A stretch of DNA of 64,000 bases from the NCBI GenBank assembly GCA_052327205.1, contig CM126204.1, forward strand, positions 74,400,001 to 74,464,000, given 5' to 3'. This DNA is from Somniosus microcephalus. Lineage: Eukaryota. This document shows, piece after piece, positions 38,200-51,189 of this stretch; position 1 is the stretch's first letter, and every line of letters begins with the position of its first letter. The notes under the pieces are model-generated. The model searched no databases and was not told the DNA's origin. It saw only the letters and a list, made by a program, of their open reading frames with translations. The position numbers and the translations under genes are program-made.

Positions 38200-39530
38200 A
38201 TTTATGAAAATATTACAATTTGTCTTTCTCAGATCCAAAATGGATGACCTCATACTTCCCCACAGTGAACTCCTTCTGCCATAGTTCTGGCCATTCACTT
38301 AGTTTGTCTATGTCCCTTTGTAACTTCCTGCTCTCATCTACACAACTTACTGTGACTCCTAACTTAGTGTCATCTATAAACTTAGATATCTAACTCTACT
38401 CTTTCATTCAACTCATTAAAATATATAGGGTGAAAAGTTAAGGCCCCAGTATAGATCCCTAGGGAACACCGCTTGTCACATTCCATTAGAAAGAGAAAAT
38501 TCCTTTTATCCCTACTCTCTGTCTCCTACCTCCCAACCAACTATCAACCCATACCACAAGGTTACCTCCAATTCCGTGTGCTCTCATTTTTGCTAATAGT
38601 CTCTTGTGCAGAACCTTGTCAAATGCTTTCTGGAAGTCCATACAAACAATGTCCATTGATACTGCTCTATCTACAGTGCAGTGACCTCCTCAAAAAATTC
38701 AACTCGATTAGTCAGACATGTCTTACCCTTTACAAATCCATGCTGACTCTCTTTGAGCAGCTTATACTCATCCAAGAGCCCAGTCACTTTGTCTGAATGA
38801 TAGATTGCAGTAACTTCCCCAATTGATGTTAAACTGACAGATCTGTAGTTATCTCGTTTCTTCCTCACTCCCTTCTTAAATAATAGAGTGACATTTGTAA
38901 TTTTCCAATCTAAAGGCTGAATTCCTGAATCTAGAGAGTTTGGGAAAATGATGACTAACACATCTGTAATTATTTTAACACTTTGGGGTGGAAACAATCA
39001 GGTCCTGGAGATTTCTTTATCTTAAGTCACATTATTTTCTCCATTACCATTTTAAAATGATATTAAATGCATTAAGTTGCTCCCTTGACTTATTTTTAGG
39101 TTCCCTTTAGCCACTAGTATTTTGTCCTCTTCCTCCTCTGTGAAAATAATACTCATTTAACACGTCTGCCATTTCCTTATTATCTATTATATTCTCACCT
39201 GTATCTGTCTTTAATCAGCCCACATTCCCCTTTAGTAAACACTCTCTTTCTATTTATGTATTCATAAAAACATTTTCTGTTAGCTTCAGTATGCTTTGCA
39301 AGCTTTTTTACATATTCCTTTTTGCACCTCTTATAACTTTCGTTGTGTCCCTTTGTTGCTTTTTATAGCTATCCAAGTTCGCTGGATTTCCACTTTTTCT
39401 TGCATTTGTGGAAGCCTTTTCTTTTAGCTTGATATTTTCTCTAACCTCATTTGTTGACCATCATAAGTTAACTACACAAGTGGAGCCTTTCCCTTTTAGG
39501 TGTATGTACTGGTTTTGTATTGTACCAAAT
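38200..39530 (-). mobile_element. Older CR1 fragment (3' part at ~34370-34510), host of the younger CR1
   Basis: DWKITNVTLLFKKG..DNYRSVSLTS, ESQHGFVKGKTCLTN; heavily decayed. Confidence 0.75.
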
Positions 39531-40714
39531 ACTTCTTTGTATGGGTGGCAGTGCTGTGTAAATGCATGATGGCGGGATTTGGCAGATGAATCTTAGAAGT
39601 GGGACAAACAATCGAGTCAAATACTAAATTAATTCCACAAAAGTGCGATTGGCTCAGAATTTTTTGGCGTAAGAGTGCATAGTGCCTTTTTTTTGCATGC
39701 TCCTGCACCCTCCAGGTCCCACAGGAAAGTAAAAAAGACTATTTTGGTCCCGGATCCTCTTCATGCCATATTCACCGAGTAGAAAATCCGCAGTGGCTTC
39801 ACCACTCAGGAGTTAAAATAGCAGTCTGAGCAAAACGATTTCATCAGATCCTGATCTGCTTATTTAAAGAAGGACCTAGTTGGCTTTAGTTGGGTGCCGA
39901 GGTCACCAGCTCAAAAAAGCAGTTTAAAATTAAGATTGGAGAGAAGCAGGCAGGAAATCAGCAGATAAGTCACACGAAACATTTTAACGGCCAACCCACC
40001 CAAGTTCTGCGAGGAGAGTAGTATTAAAATCTCCCCTTTATTTTTTGGAAAACTGGGGTACACCCTCCCACTGAGGTACTTTTCCACATAGCCAGGGTAC
40101 TTCTCCTATCGCTTCCCCCACGTACATTTCCAGCCCCTCCCACCTGCACTGAGGGACTCTTCCAACCCTTCCCACTGAAGTACTTTTACACCTGCCAAGT
40201 CACTTTCCAACCCCTTAACTGAGGTCATTTCCCCACCCTCACCTCATGGTAGTTTTACTACTCTCCCGTCACTGTTAGCTTCTATCATCTTTCCACTTGG
40301 CACCCTTCCCCCAATCCCCTCTTCTCATTTTCTCCTTCCTCCCCTTATTCCCTCTTTACCCTCCCCTTCCTCAGCAGTGCCCCCTCTCTCTCTCCCCTTC
40401 CTTGTCCATGGTTCAATTATTCCCTCCCATGCTCTAACCCTGCTTTGCCTAAAGACAGCACTTGGTCTTGACTACCCATATGCAATACAAAGGCGATTAA
40501 CTAGCATTATAAAAACTTTGCACAATGTGTATACTTCTGACCTTTGCATTTCAAATATTTACAAACCACAAATTTACAGCATTGTAAATCAATAATCACA
40601 ACAATAATAGTTAATTGGAAATTACTAAGGATTTTAGATAAGAACAAATCAACATTCTGCAATCTCTACCAATGAAAGAGAACAGAATCACAGCCAATCA
40701 AATTGCTTAAAATT

Positions 40715-40818
40715 CCCCAGTTCCGCTAAAAGGTCATCGACCTAAAACATCTATTTCTCTCTCCACAAATGCTGCCTCACCTGCTGAATGTTTCCAGCAT
40801 TTTCTGTTTTTATTTCAG
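40715..40818 (+). mobile_element. Penelope-like terminal remnant
   Basis: aaaggtcatcgacctaaaac...tctctccacaaatgctgcctcacctgctgaatgtttccagcattttctgtttttatttcag matches 60620-60745. Confidence 0.6.
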
Positions 40819-42729
40819 TAAATACTTTTTGACAATCTTTTCATCCTCCATTTTTTCCCTTTAGTCTACCAACTATGAGCTCAAAATAATGTTTCTAATA
40901 TAATACATATTTTACAAGCTAGCTCAGAGAAAAAGAGAATGTGTGGATTTTTAAAGCACTTGTGCTTCATGATGTTTATACTGAGAATTAAAAAAGCAAT
41001 GCTTGTTTACATAAAGATTTATTTCTACAGCTGCAGTGGGTAAGGGAATTAATTATTTATTTTCCAGAAATTAAAAATTGCTTGCTCCATATCTCTGAGC
41101 AGAATTCTAAGAAATGTCTTTTCAGTTTTTTTTTATTGGATATTTGTAGTCTTTCCTCAGTTCCACATCCCATCTTTATAACAGCATAATCTCTGGGTCA
41201 CTATAAGCAATGGCACAGAGATTCATAAGTACAGTTAATAACCATAAACTCAAAACACTTCACATTTGATTTCCTTTTAAAAATATATATAGCTGTATCT
41301 TTGATGAGTAACTATTATATTTAATACTTTCTACTTCAAATTGCTTCTACAGTACTACATTTTTTAGTTTACAGAGAGAGTAGACAATGGTAATGCAGTA
41401 GATGTAATTTATCTGGATTTACAAAAGGCCTTCGATAATGTACCCCATAATAGACTGATGGACAAGGTCAGAGAATGCGGAGTCGGGACAAGTAGAAGAA
41501 TGGATTACTGGCTGGCTTCAGAACAGAAAGCAAGAGAGTAGGAGTAAAGGGTAGCTATTCACAGTGGCAGAAAGTGGGTAGTGGTGTTCGGATCAGTGCT
41601 GGGACCACTGCTGCTCACAATTTACATTAACAATTTAGACTTTGGAATCAAAAACACAATTTCTAAATTTGCGGATGACACCAAATTGGGGGGAATAGTC
41701 AATACTGAGGAGGACTGCAACAAATTACAGGAGGATATTTAAAAACTTGCAGAATGGGCATATCATTGGCAAATGAAGTTCAACACAGATAAATGTTAGG
41801 TATTACATTTTGGTAGGAAGAATAGGGAGGTCACTTATCACTTGGAGGGTGCAAGTCTAGGGGGGGCGTAGAGGAACAAAGGGATCTCGGAGTACAAATA
41901 CACAAATCACTAAATGTTGTGACACAGATTAACAATGCCATAAAAAAGAAGCAAGCCAAGCACTAGGGTTTATTTCTAGAGGTATAAAATTGAAAAGTAG
42001 GGAAGTTATGCTAAACCTGTATCGAACCTTGGTTAGACCATTTATAGAGTATTGCGTACAGTTCTGGTCGCCATATTATAAAAAGGATGTAGAGGCATTG
42101 GAGAGGGTGCAGAGAAGATTTACAAGGATGATAGCAGAAATGCGAGGGTATACTCATCAGGAAAGGATTAACAGGCTGGTTCTCTTCTCTTGAAGAAAGA
42201 AGGCTGAGGGGTAACCTAATAGAGATATTTAAAATTATGAAAAATTTTGAGTGGCTACAGAGAGAAGGAGCTCGATTTTGCCAGGCCCGAGGAGGCGGGT
42301 TTAGAGGCGTTAAAAAGTTTAGATCCGATCCCGCCTCCAGCCCGCCTCCGAGCAATTTTCCCAAAATCGGGGCTTCAGACCCATAACAACCTAATTAAGT
42401 GCCTCTATATGCTAATTTTGAGAGGCCTTTGTGAGTTTAACACATTTCCCCCATGCTGCACGTCTCCTCTGGAACACGCCAGGTAATCCTGACAGCCTCA
42501 CAAGTGGATGGCTTACTAACAGCTGCAGCTCCACCATTAAAAGGAGTTTCCAGTAATGATCATTTGCAGGTGGCAGAACTTTGTTGTCTCAGGTCTGGGG
42601 AACTTTTAGCAGGCCTACTCATTGTGGTGGAAGTGTGGAGCCTGAGACCCATCTCCAGTGTGACCTCCTGGGAAACCCCTCTCCCCACCTTGACTGAGCG
42701 CTTCCTCAACTGAGGCATATACCAGAAGC

Positions 42730-43965
42730 ATGGGAACCATTTATTTCCTTTCCTCCTGGACATCAGATTCAGATGAAGACCAGCCGCGGCAGCAGCAGCA
42801 CCCGGAGCAACAGCAGCACCAACAGCAGGAGCAACAACAGGAGCACCAAGCTGCTGCTTACCCACCTGAAGCTGCACAGGCCAGAAGGCGCCAGCGCATG
42901 GAAGCATGTCGCCACAGGAGATACCCCCAAAACAGGGTCTACAGACAGAGGATGAGCTACCTCAACATGACTGAGCAGCAGTGCCAAAGGAAACTCAGAC
43001 TTTTGCGAGAGGTAGTGGGTGACATCTGCGCAATGCTGCAGCAAGACCTGGAGCCCAGAGGAGCGGGTGGACACCCCTTACCAGTGACCATCAAAGTTAC
43101 CACCGCACTCAACTTTTTTGCTTCAGGCTCATTCCAGTGATCAACAGCAGACATCAGCGGCATCTCCCAGGCGGCCGCACACACTTGCATCTTGCAGGTA
43201 ACCGATGCCCTCTTTGCCATCGCGCACAATTACATCAACTTCTCCAAGGATCAAGCAAGTGTAACCGCGCGTGCGGTTGGATTTGCTAATCTGGCAGGCT
43301 TTCCAAGGGTGCAGGGCATCGTTGACTGCGCACATGTGGCCCTTAAGGCAATCCATCACAATCCAGGTATTTTTGTCAACCGCAAGGGCTTCCCCTCCCT
43401 CAACGTGCAGCTGGTATGTGACCACAAGAAGGAAATTTTGCATGTTTGCGCCAAGTACCCTGGCAGTTGCCATGACTCCTTCATCCTGCGGCAGTCTAGT
43501 GTGCCTCCGCTCTTCAGTCCACCAGACCAACTTTTCGGATGGCTACTTGGAGACAAGGGCTATCCCCTGAAGACATGGCTAATGACACCATTGAGGAGCC
43601 CATCCAACAAAGCTGAGGAGGGCTACAACTCCAGCCATATTTCCACCAGATCCATAATCGAGCAAACCATCGGCTTGCTGAAGATGCGATTCAGATGCCT
43701 TGATAGATCAGGTGGAACCCTGCAGTACTCAGCAGTCAGGGTCTCCAGAATCGTCGTAGTCTGCTGTGCACTTCACACCATGGTACAGCATCGTGGCTTG
43801 CAGCTGCCTGAGGTACAACTGGCTCATTGCATAGCCTTCTCAGATGAGGAGGAGGAAGTGGAGAGCGACAACAAACAGCTTGCGCATCAACCAGCGCCAG
43901 CAGCACGCGAGCACATTGCTGCCCGGAATACAAGGGATGCACTCATCTTGGCCAGTTTTGCTTAG
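42730..43965 (+). pseudogene. Harbinger DDE transposase of H3 with one in-frame stop
   Basis: ORFs 42730-43140 and 43192-43965 share a frame; TGA at 43138-43140 sits where H2 has GGA; [17 protein letters not shown] and [10 protein letters not shown] triad present. Confidence 0.92.
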
Positions 43966-44027
43966 CCTGCCCAATCAAACACTTTTGCCTCACACCTTCT
44001 TACCAGAGCATCAACAATGGCCAAGAA

Positions 44028-44603
44028 CCTGGTGAGGCCACACCTGGAATACTGCGTACAGTTTTGGTTTCCATATTTAAGAAAAGATATACTTGCTCTC
44101 GAGGCAGTTCAGAGAAGGTTCACTCGGTTGATTCCGGAGATGAGGGGGTTGACTTATGAGGAATGGTTGAGTAGGTTGGGCCTCTACTCATTGGAATTCA
44201 GAAGAATGAGAGGCAATCTTATCGAAACATATAAAATTGTGAGGGTGCTTGATCGGGTGGATGCGGTGAGGATGTTTCCACTGATGGGTGAGACTAGAAC
44301 TAGGGGGCATAATCTTAGAATAAGGGGCTGCCCTTTCAAAACTGAGATGAGGAGAAACTTCTTCACTCAGAGGGTAGTTAATCTATGGAATTTGCTACCT
44401 GAGAGAGCTGTGGAAGCTGCGACATTAAATAAATTTAAAACAGAGATAGACAGTTTCCTAACTGATAAGGGAATAAGGGGTTACGGGGAGAGGGCAGGGA
44501 AGTGGACGTGAGTCTAAGTTCGGATCAGCCATGATCCTATTGAATGGCGGAGCAGACCCGAGGGGCCGTATGGCCTACTCCTGCTCCTACTTCTTATGTT
44601 CTA
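44028..44603 (+). mobile_element. CR1 3' fragment inserted in H3 between its two genes
   Basis: LVRPHLEYCVQFW...FFTQRVVNLWN; 3' UTR and tail ttcttatgttct. Confidence 0.9.
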
Positions 44604-44800
44604 ACCTGTGGATTCCTATCACTCTGACCACCATACTGACAATTGCAAGTCGCCCTAAGCCCTCAATGTGGAAGTCCCATTTGCAAAATGACACAGGCCA
44701 CAACTTCAACAGTTTGCCATCAGAATTTTTTATCACAACAATCAACGGATGGCATTTAAAAAATAAACACAACATAACACCCAAGTGACTACCCTTGTGA

Positions 44801-46781
44801 CTACTTGTGCTTTATCTTCCTCTTATGTGTGCTCCTACGTGGTGCTTCCCCTGTGGCTTCAGCAGATGTGAAGGCTCCTTGCTCACCTTCTTGCTGTTCC
44901 TGCCTCGACACCTTTGGCGGTCGTCCTCTGGGTTTACGAGCCTGTGAGGGCTCGGCAACAGTCTGCTGCACCTGTGGCTGTGCAGGGGCTGAGATGCCAA
45001 TCTCAGTTGGGTGAAGACTCCGGTGGGGCTCTGACCGAAGGCTCTGCAATGGCATGGTCGTGTGAGCACTTGGAGAGGAGCCCCCACTTCCTTGTTATCT
45101 GCCATCAACATCCCTCGCATGGGTCAGCCGCACTTCAGAGCTAGCAAGTGGCTTAACAGCACCTTGCTGCACTTCAGGGGGGCCATGAGGACCTGTTTCT
45201 GCACTGGAAGTCCTACTCCAGAGGACTTCCATGAAGGTCTGGTTTCTCTGCTCAATAGCTGACCATCACTCCTCAAGAGATGTCCATCTATTCTGAACAA
45301 TGACCATGTTTTCAAGACCCTGGCGACTAAACTCCTCCATGGCCATGGCCATCCTCTCCTCTACCGTAGCCATCCTCTCCTCTATGGTAGCCAGCCTTAC
45401 CACGGAGGTAGCCATCCTTTCCACAGAGGTTGCCATCCTTTCCCTGGTGATGCGTTTATGCGCCAACGCCTCCACAAAGGCCCTGCTCATGTTAGCGATG
45501 GACTCTCCATTCGCTCCACACTCGCAGCAACCCTGGAGACTAAACCTGTCAGAGACTCCTGCACCTGTTCCTGGAGTTCCAGCACCGCTCTCCTTCTGGA
45601 TGGACCCTGAGGCACAGGGTCGACATGCAGCGGAGCCGAGCTGGGAGAGTACTGCACCCTCCGACAAGGACTCTCCACTGCTATCCCTGTCTCCACCATC
45701 TGCTGATGCTCACTTGTGAGCTGTGATACACCAGGTGAGAACTCTATTCTATGTCCCGAAGGTCCCACCGAGGTGTGAGTGTCTGCGCTGGTGCTGGGTG
45801 CGCTTAATTCTGCTGACGCTGCGCTCTCAGAGGTTGCAGCTTGCTCTGAGGAGTCTGGGGGCTCAGACTGTTCCTCCTGGACAGTGGGGAGGGGGGCTGT
45901 CTATAGTCCTGTGGGGGAGTAAAGGAATGAGTTAGACATGTGAGATAAACGTTGCATGCACATTGAATCTGTTAGAGCATCAGAATCAATATCAGTCACT
46001 CATGCAATGTCAATGAGAGAGATGAAAAACTATTCTGTCACCAGCTTGCTCTGATGCGCCCGTCTGTTCGTCCCCCACTTGCGCATCCTCCTCCACTCCC
46101 AAGATCTCAAGGGCCACCTCTGCTGAAGTGGTGAGCTGGGCTATTGAGAGTGGCCCTCCTCCTGTCTTCGCCCTCTCCCTCTTATTGTGGGCACTCTTTT
46201 CCTGCAATGAAGGACACAAGTGGAGTTTGAGTGAGAATGAAGGAGTTAGTGTAGAGAATCCATAGCATAGATGCTTAGAAGGACTCAAAGATGGAGTGAG
46301 GTGCCAAGACCAAGGGCCCTCCCTGTGTGTTGTAAATTGTTGTCATTGCATTACAGCGATAGGGAGTGTGAGGGCTGCATAGTCGAATAGTTAAGTGAAT
46401 GCGAACATACAGAGAGAGGGAATGGTTAAGAGTCCAGGGATGTAAGGGTCAAGTGGGATGTGGAGGAGGTTGACAAAACAGAGTGCTGGTGATGAGAAGT
46501 GATGGGGATCAGATTGAGGGTCATGTGAATGGAATACTCACTTTTCCTGTGTGGAGAAGGTCATGAAACCTCTTTCTGCACTGCAGCCAGGTTCTTCTGC
46601 ACATTGAAATGGCATTCACCTCCTGTGCCACTTGCAGCCACACAGCTTTGGTCTGTTGGGGAGGTTTTTTCCTCCCTGAAGAAGGAAACAGCACTTCCTT
46701 ATTTGCTCTTGCTCCCCCCACCAGAGCTTGGAGGGAGTTCTCATCGAATCGGGGTGCACACATTGGTCTGGTGCCTGACAT
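44801..46781 (-). pseudogene. Myb/SANT-like gene of H3, 3 exons (46781-46542, 46201-46042, ~45908-44801), exon 3 disrupted
   Basis: PRFDENSLQAL...WLQVA...RRTWLQCRKRFHDL; EKSAHNKRERAKTGGGP; same intron phases (0, 1) as H1; heptad repeats; basic C-terminus RRSTHKRKIKHK. Confidence 0.8.
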
Positions 46782-47530
46782 GATTTTTGCATGAATCCTT
46801 CAGAAGTATTATGCTAAAGTTGAAAGGCTGAAAAAGAACCAAGGCTGCTTGCAGGCCTTAAATGCAGCTGCATAGATGACATCATCGGAGGCGAGTTTCA
46901 GCATCAAAATACTCATTGGGCCAGGGGTTCCCACACGCTGGAAATCAAGTGCCCAATTAGGGCAAAATCGCTCATTTGTCTCGCCTCACATCGGAGGCGG
47001 GGTCCTGAAACGACGACCACCTGACACGCCCCCAGCCCGCACCCAATGACAAAATCCAGCCCAATGTTTCCACTTGTGGGGAAGAGCATAACTAGAGGCC
47101 ATCAATATAAGATAGTCACCAAGAAATCCAATAGGGAATTCAAAAGAAACTTCTTTATCCAAAGAGTGGTGAGAATGTGGAACTCGCTACCACAGGGAGT
47201 GGTTGAAGCGAATATATGGATGCATTTAAGGGGAGGCTAGACAAGCACATGAGGGAAAAGGGAATAGAGGGTTATACTGATAGATTTAGATGAGGAAAGA
47301 TGGGAGGAGGCTCATGTGGAGCATAAATGCTGGCATGGACTGGTTGGGCCGAATGGCCTGTTTCTGTGCCGTATATCCTATGTAATCCTATGTACTTCTT
47401 CAGCTGTTTCGCCTAATGGAAAGACTCAGCTGAGGACAGGACTTTAGACACACCTAATGGGAGAGGGTGAATGAATTCCACTGAGCGCTTTTTATTAATC
47501 TGGCTCACCCACTTAGATAAAATTCCTATG

Positions 47531-49448
47531 TACGGTTGCCAATGCTACCGGATTTCCTGGGAATCTCGTGGAATGGATGATTAATCTTCCAGGTGCTGGT
47601 GCTGGCACCTGGGAGATTCCAGCTTGCGCCTGCGTCCCTCTAATTATCCAAATTCGAGCCCTGTGTAAAGTCTATTGAATGTTTATGTGACTGCACTTTC
47701 AAAAGGGAAGGTGCAGCAAGTCCGCTAACTTCTTTTGAGTTTAGTAACAAAAGTTCAAAATGCTACAAATGCATTTTGATACATCGTGTTATGTACATTG
47801 TGTCTTATTTACCTCCTGAAATTCCACAATTTTTAAAATGCAGTTGGTCTCATACATGGAGGAAAACTATAGCTTCTTTTATATGAATGTTTGACCCCTG
47901 GCTCGTGCAGCCCTGGTCTCCCACAGATGATGGTCATGTGGGCAGTAAAACTGGAAGACTTTGTTAGGCAGGATTTTGTAGCCAGAAAGACACACTTTTT
48001 TTTCTTGACCTTAGTGTCTGTATTGGGCTAACTGTGGTCAGTAAAAGCACTGTACTGGCGGCAGCATGATCTATGTAGACTTGAAATACACCTCCCACCC
48101 ACCCCCCCCTCCCCCACTGCCGCCCCACCCACCCCACCCCACCCCCAGCTATTCACAATATATATTAACGATCTAGACAAGGGAACTAGATGTAATATCT
48201 CCAAATTTGCAGACGACACAAAGCTGGGTGGGCGTGTGTGCTGTGAGGAGGATACCGAGAAACTCCAGGATGATTTGGACAGGTTGGGTGATTGGGCAGA
48301 AGCATGGCAGATGCAATATAACGTGGATAAATGTGAGGTTATCCACTTTGGTGGCAGAAACAGGAAGGCAGATTATTATCTGAATGGCAATAGATTGGGA
48401 AAAGGGGAAGTGCAACGAGACCTGGGTGTCCTTGTGCACCAGTCACTGAAGGTAAGCATGCAGGTGCAGCAGGCGGTTAAGAAGGCAAATGGTATGTTGG
48501 CCTTCGTAGCGAGAGGGTTCGAGTACAGGAACAAGGATGTCTTGCTGCAGTTGTACAGGGCCTTGGTGAGACCACATCTTGAGTATTGTGTGCAGTTTTG
48601 GTCACCTTATCTGAGGAAGGATGTTCTTGCCATGGAAGGAGTTCAGCGAAGATTCACCAGGCTGATACCTGGGATGGCAGGAATGAAGTATGAGGAGAGA
48701 GTGGGTCGATTGGGCTTGTACTCGCTGGAGTTTAGAAGAATGAGAGGGGATCTCATTGAAACTTATAAAATTCTGACAGGACTGGACAGACTAGATGCAG
48801 GAAGGATCTTCCCGATGGTCGGGGAGTCCAGAACCAGGGGTCACAGTCTAAGGATAAAGGGTATGCCATTTAGGACAGAAATGAGGAGGAATTTCTTCAC
48901 CCAGAGAGTGGTGAACCTGTGGAATTCTCTACCACAGAAGGCAGTAGAGGCCAATTCATTAAATATATTCAAGAAGGAGTTGGATATATTTCTTACAGTT
49001 AAAGGGATCAAGGGATATGGGGAGAAGGCAGGGACCAGGTACTGAATTTGGATGATCAGCCATGATCGCATTGAATGGCGGAGCAGGCTCGAGGGGCTGA
49101 ATGGCCTACTCCTGCTCCTATCTTCTATACATACACATACATTTTAACCACGTTAGAACATGCCTGCCTGTCTCGTGAAAATGCTATGATGTAATGGATT
49201 GACATCATGTCACAAAATTATATTGTGCCTGGGCAGTGGCCAATTTATCAAGATCAACCTGTGCATTCTTATCCATCAGAACACAATGTGCTACTGGTCT
49301 CCCTGTGACTTGTGCTGCAAATTTGAGAGAGAAGTTATCAAGCTATTAAGTACATGCAATAATATTTGCAGACTGCAGTGAATGTCATTGACCAAATGTC
49401 ATGGGACTAAGTCTCCAGGAATAGGTCCAACCAAAGTTGGCAACCCTG
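47531..49448. mobile_element. Non-autonomous hAT-type DNA transposon hosting a CR1
   Basis: TIRs tacggttgccaa / ttggcaaccctg; perfect 8-bp TSD ttcctatg (47523-47530, 49449-49456). Confidence 0.75.
48143..49128 (+). mobile_element. Relatively young CR1 3' fragment (open RT C-terminal ORF 48236-49045)
   Basis: KFADD through FFTQRVVNLWNSLP with no stops; same family as 14447-16222. Confidence 0.92.
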
Positions 49449-49997
49449 TTCCTATGTGTTAATTTCACAAATTTGTTAACCTGATTAAAATCAAGAAGTT
49501 AAAGAGCTCATTAAAATAATGCACATAGGAATTTTACTGGAATGTGTTGATCAAGTTTTTAAACATAATGCTCAGAGAATTTTCTGTGGTGTTGTGTGGG
49601 ACTAGCTACCTGCGAAAAACTTGAGAGGCAACTGGAAAATAGTTTTATCTGTCAGTAATCATTACCACAACATACAAAATTCTTAAAAATCTGCGTCACA
49701 CCCCCGTACTTTATGATTATTTTTGGTTTTTTTGTGGTGTATTTGCAGTGTTCTATCCTTCCCCTCTATTGGTCTTCCTGTGTCACGCAAGAATGAGGGG
49801 ATGAGAAGGTGACCTAATCTCAGGTCTTTGTCTTCCTCTATTATCATCTGGTGCTAGTGGGAACACAATAAAGGCATAGGATAATATCCCCTCTAGGGGG
49901 ACCAAGGTGGCTCTCTCTCTCTCTCTCTCTCTCTGGTCTTATCACCTCCCCACCATGTATAGAACCATCTAGATTTTACACAGCAATGCATCATTAT

Positions 49998-50762
49998 GGC
50001 CCAGAAATTCAGGCCGGGGGCTTCCCGCGGGTGTAAGCCCCCGACCTGCACTTACCTTGCGCGCTGGCCGTTGAGCTGTGGGCCCCCGTGGAATTCCGAT
50101 CCTGGGCCTGCTCCAGCTGCCGGCGCGCAGTGCTTGCGTATCCCAGGGGCGCAGTTAGTTCAATGCGTCCCCTGGGATCACGTGGGCCATGGGGAGCGAA
50201 TCAGAGCAGGGAATGCTCCATTCATAAGTTTGACAGGAAGTGCTGTCAAAACTTAGAAATACTATGGGCCCCAAAACATCACTAAATCTTCAAATAAATT
50301 TTTTAAAAATCACATTTTTAAATAAACTATAAATTACATGAAATAACTATTTTAAACAATAATTTAAATTTTTGAAAAAAATAATTTTATTTTCTATCAG
50401 GGCTAAAAATAAACTTACCTTTCTTTAAAGTATTTAAAAATAATAAACCTGTGGAAAAAATGTTTTAATTTTAATTAATGCACCACTTACCTTGTAAAAA
50501 GCAGGCCTTACGCCTGCTTTTTAAATGTGTAACTTCAGGAGACTGACCCTCCCGGAAAAACCTGTTAAAAAAAAACATAAATTCAATGCACACGTGCAGC
50601 CTCTCCTGCGCACTTGTTCGACCTCTGAACCCCTTCGTTCAGGGGAACGGAAGTGCCGGTTTCCCACGCATGCGCAGTGCATGCAAGAAACCAGCACTTC
50701 CATTGGGCTTACGGGTGAGTACCCCGTGCGTGCTCACCCGTGGAGACCCGAAGTTCTGGGCC
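49998..50762. mobile_element. Non-autonomous PIF/Harbinger MITE, 765 bp
   Basis: TIRs ggcccagaaattcagg / ccgaagttctgggcc; TSD TAT/TAA; GC-rich arms with an AT-rich core. Confidence 0.75.
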
Positions 50763-51189
50763 TAATAATATTGGAGCTGAGATTTGGAATTACTGCAGAG
50801 CCACAAACCTAAGTTCGACCATTGTATGGCAAAGCACATTAATACATTATTGTGTTCCACTATTCAGTGATACTTTTAACATTTTTGTAGAGAAGCTACT
50901 TTAAAAGTAACAGAGACAGCACTGTCTGTTGCTCTGATGGTAATCTAAACATAAAATTGTTATACCACAGGCTCCTTTTAAGCCACCACTGATGACATTT
51001 GCCACGTTACTCAGATTTTGGTCTACCATAGCAAGCATGTGACAGAAGTCTTGTTGCAATGGGAAACACTTTTATCAACTTCCCAATCAAAGAAAGCAAC
51101 AGAACAAGAGAGTATAGCATTTCAGTCAAGTGGCAGGCTTCCCTAAAGTGCAGGGTCTAATTGATGACACATAAAGGCTCCTAATAACA

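Larger units (their letters stand above)
42268..47062. mobile_element. Full-length PIF/Harbinger transposon H3 (~4.2 kb net), same family group as H2
   Basis: TIRs gagctcgattttgcca / tgacaaaatccagccc; TSD AAG/AAT (42265-42267, 47063-47065); convergent transposase and Myb genes. Confidence 0.9.
41368..47395 (+). mobile_element. CR1 3' fragment split by Harbinger H3 (41368-42267 + 47066-47395)
   Basis: RT motifs (DLQKAFD, KFADD, LVRPFIEYCVQFWSP); acagagagaa|tgtttccacttgtgggg rejoins; tail atcctatgtaatcctatgta. Confidence 0.87.

Noticed and set aside
39540-40040. Additional old Harbinger MITE
   Set aside because: A right-end-like aaaatctcccc is present, but I could not identify a matching left TIR or TSD.
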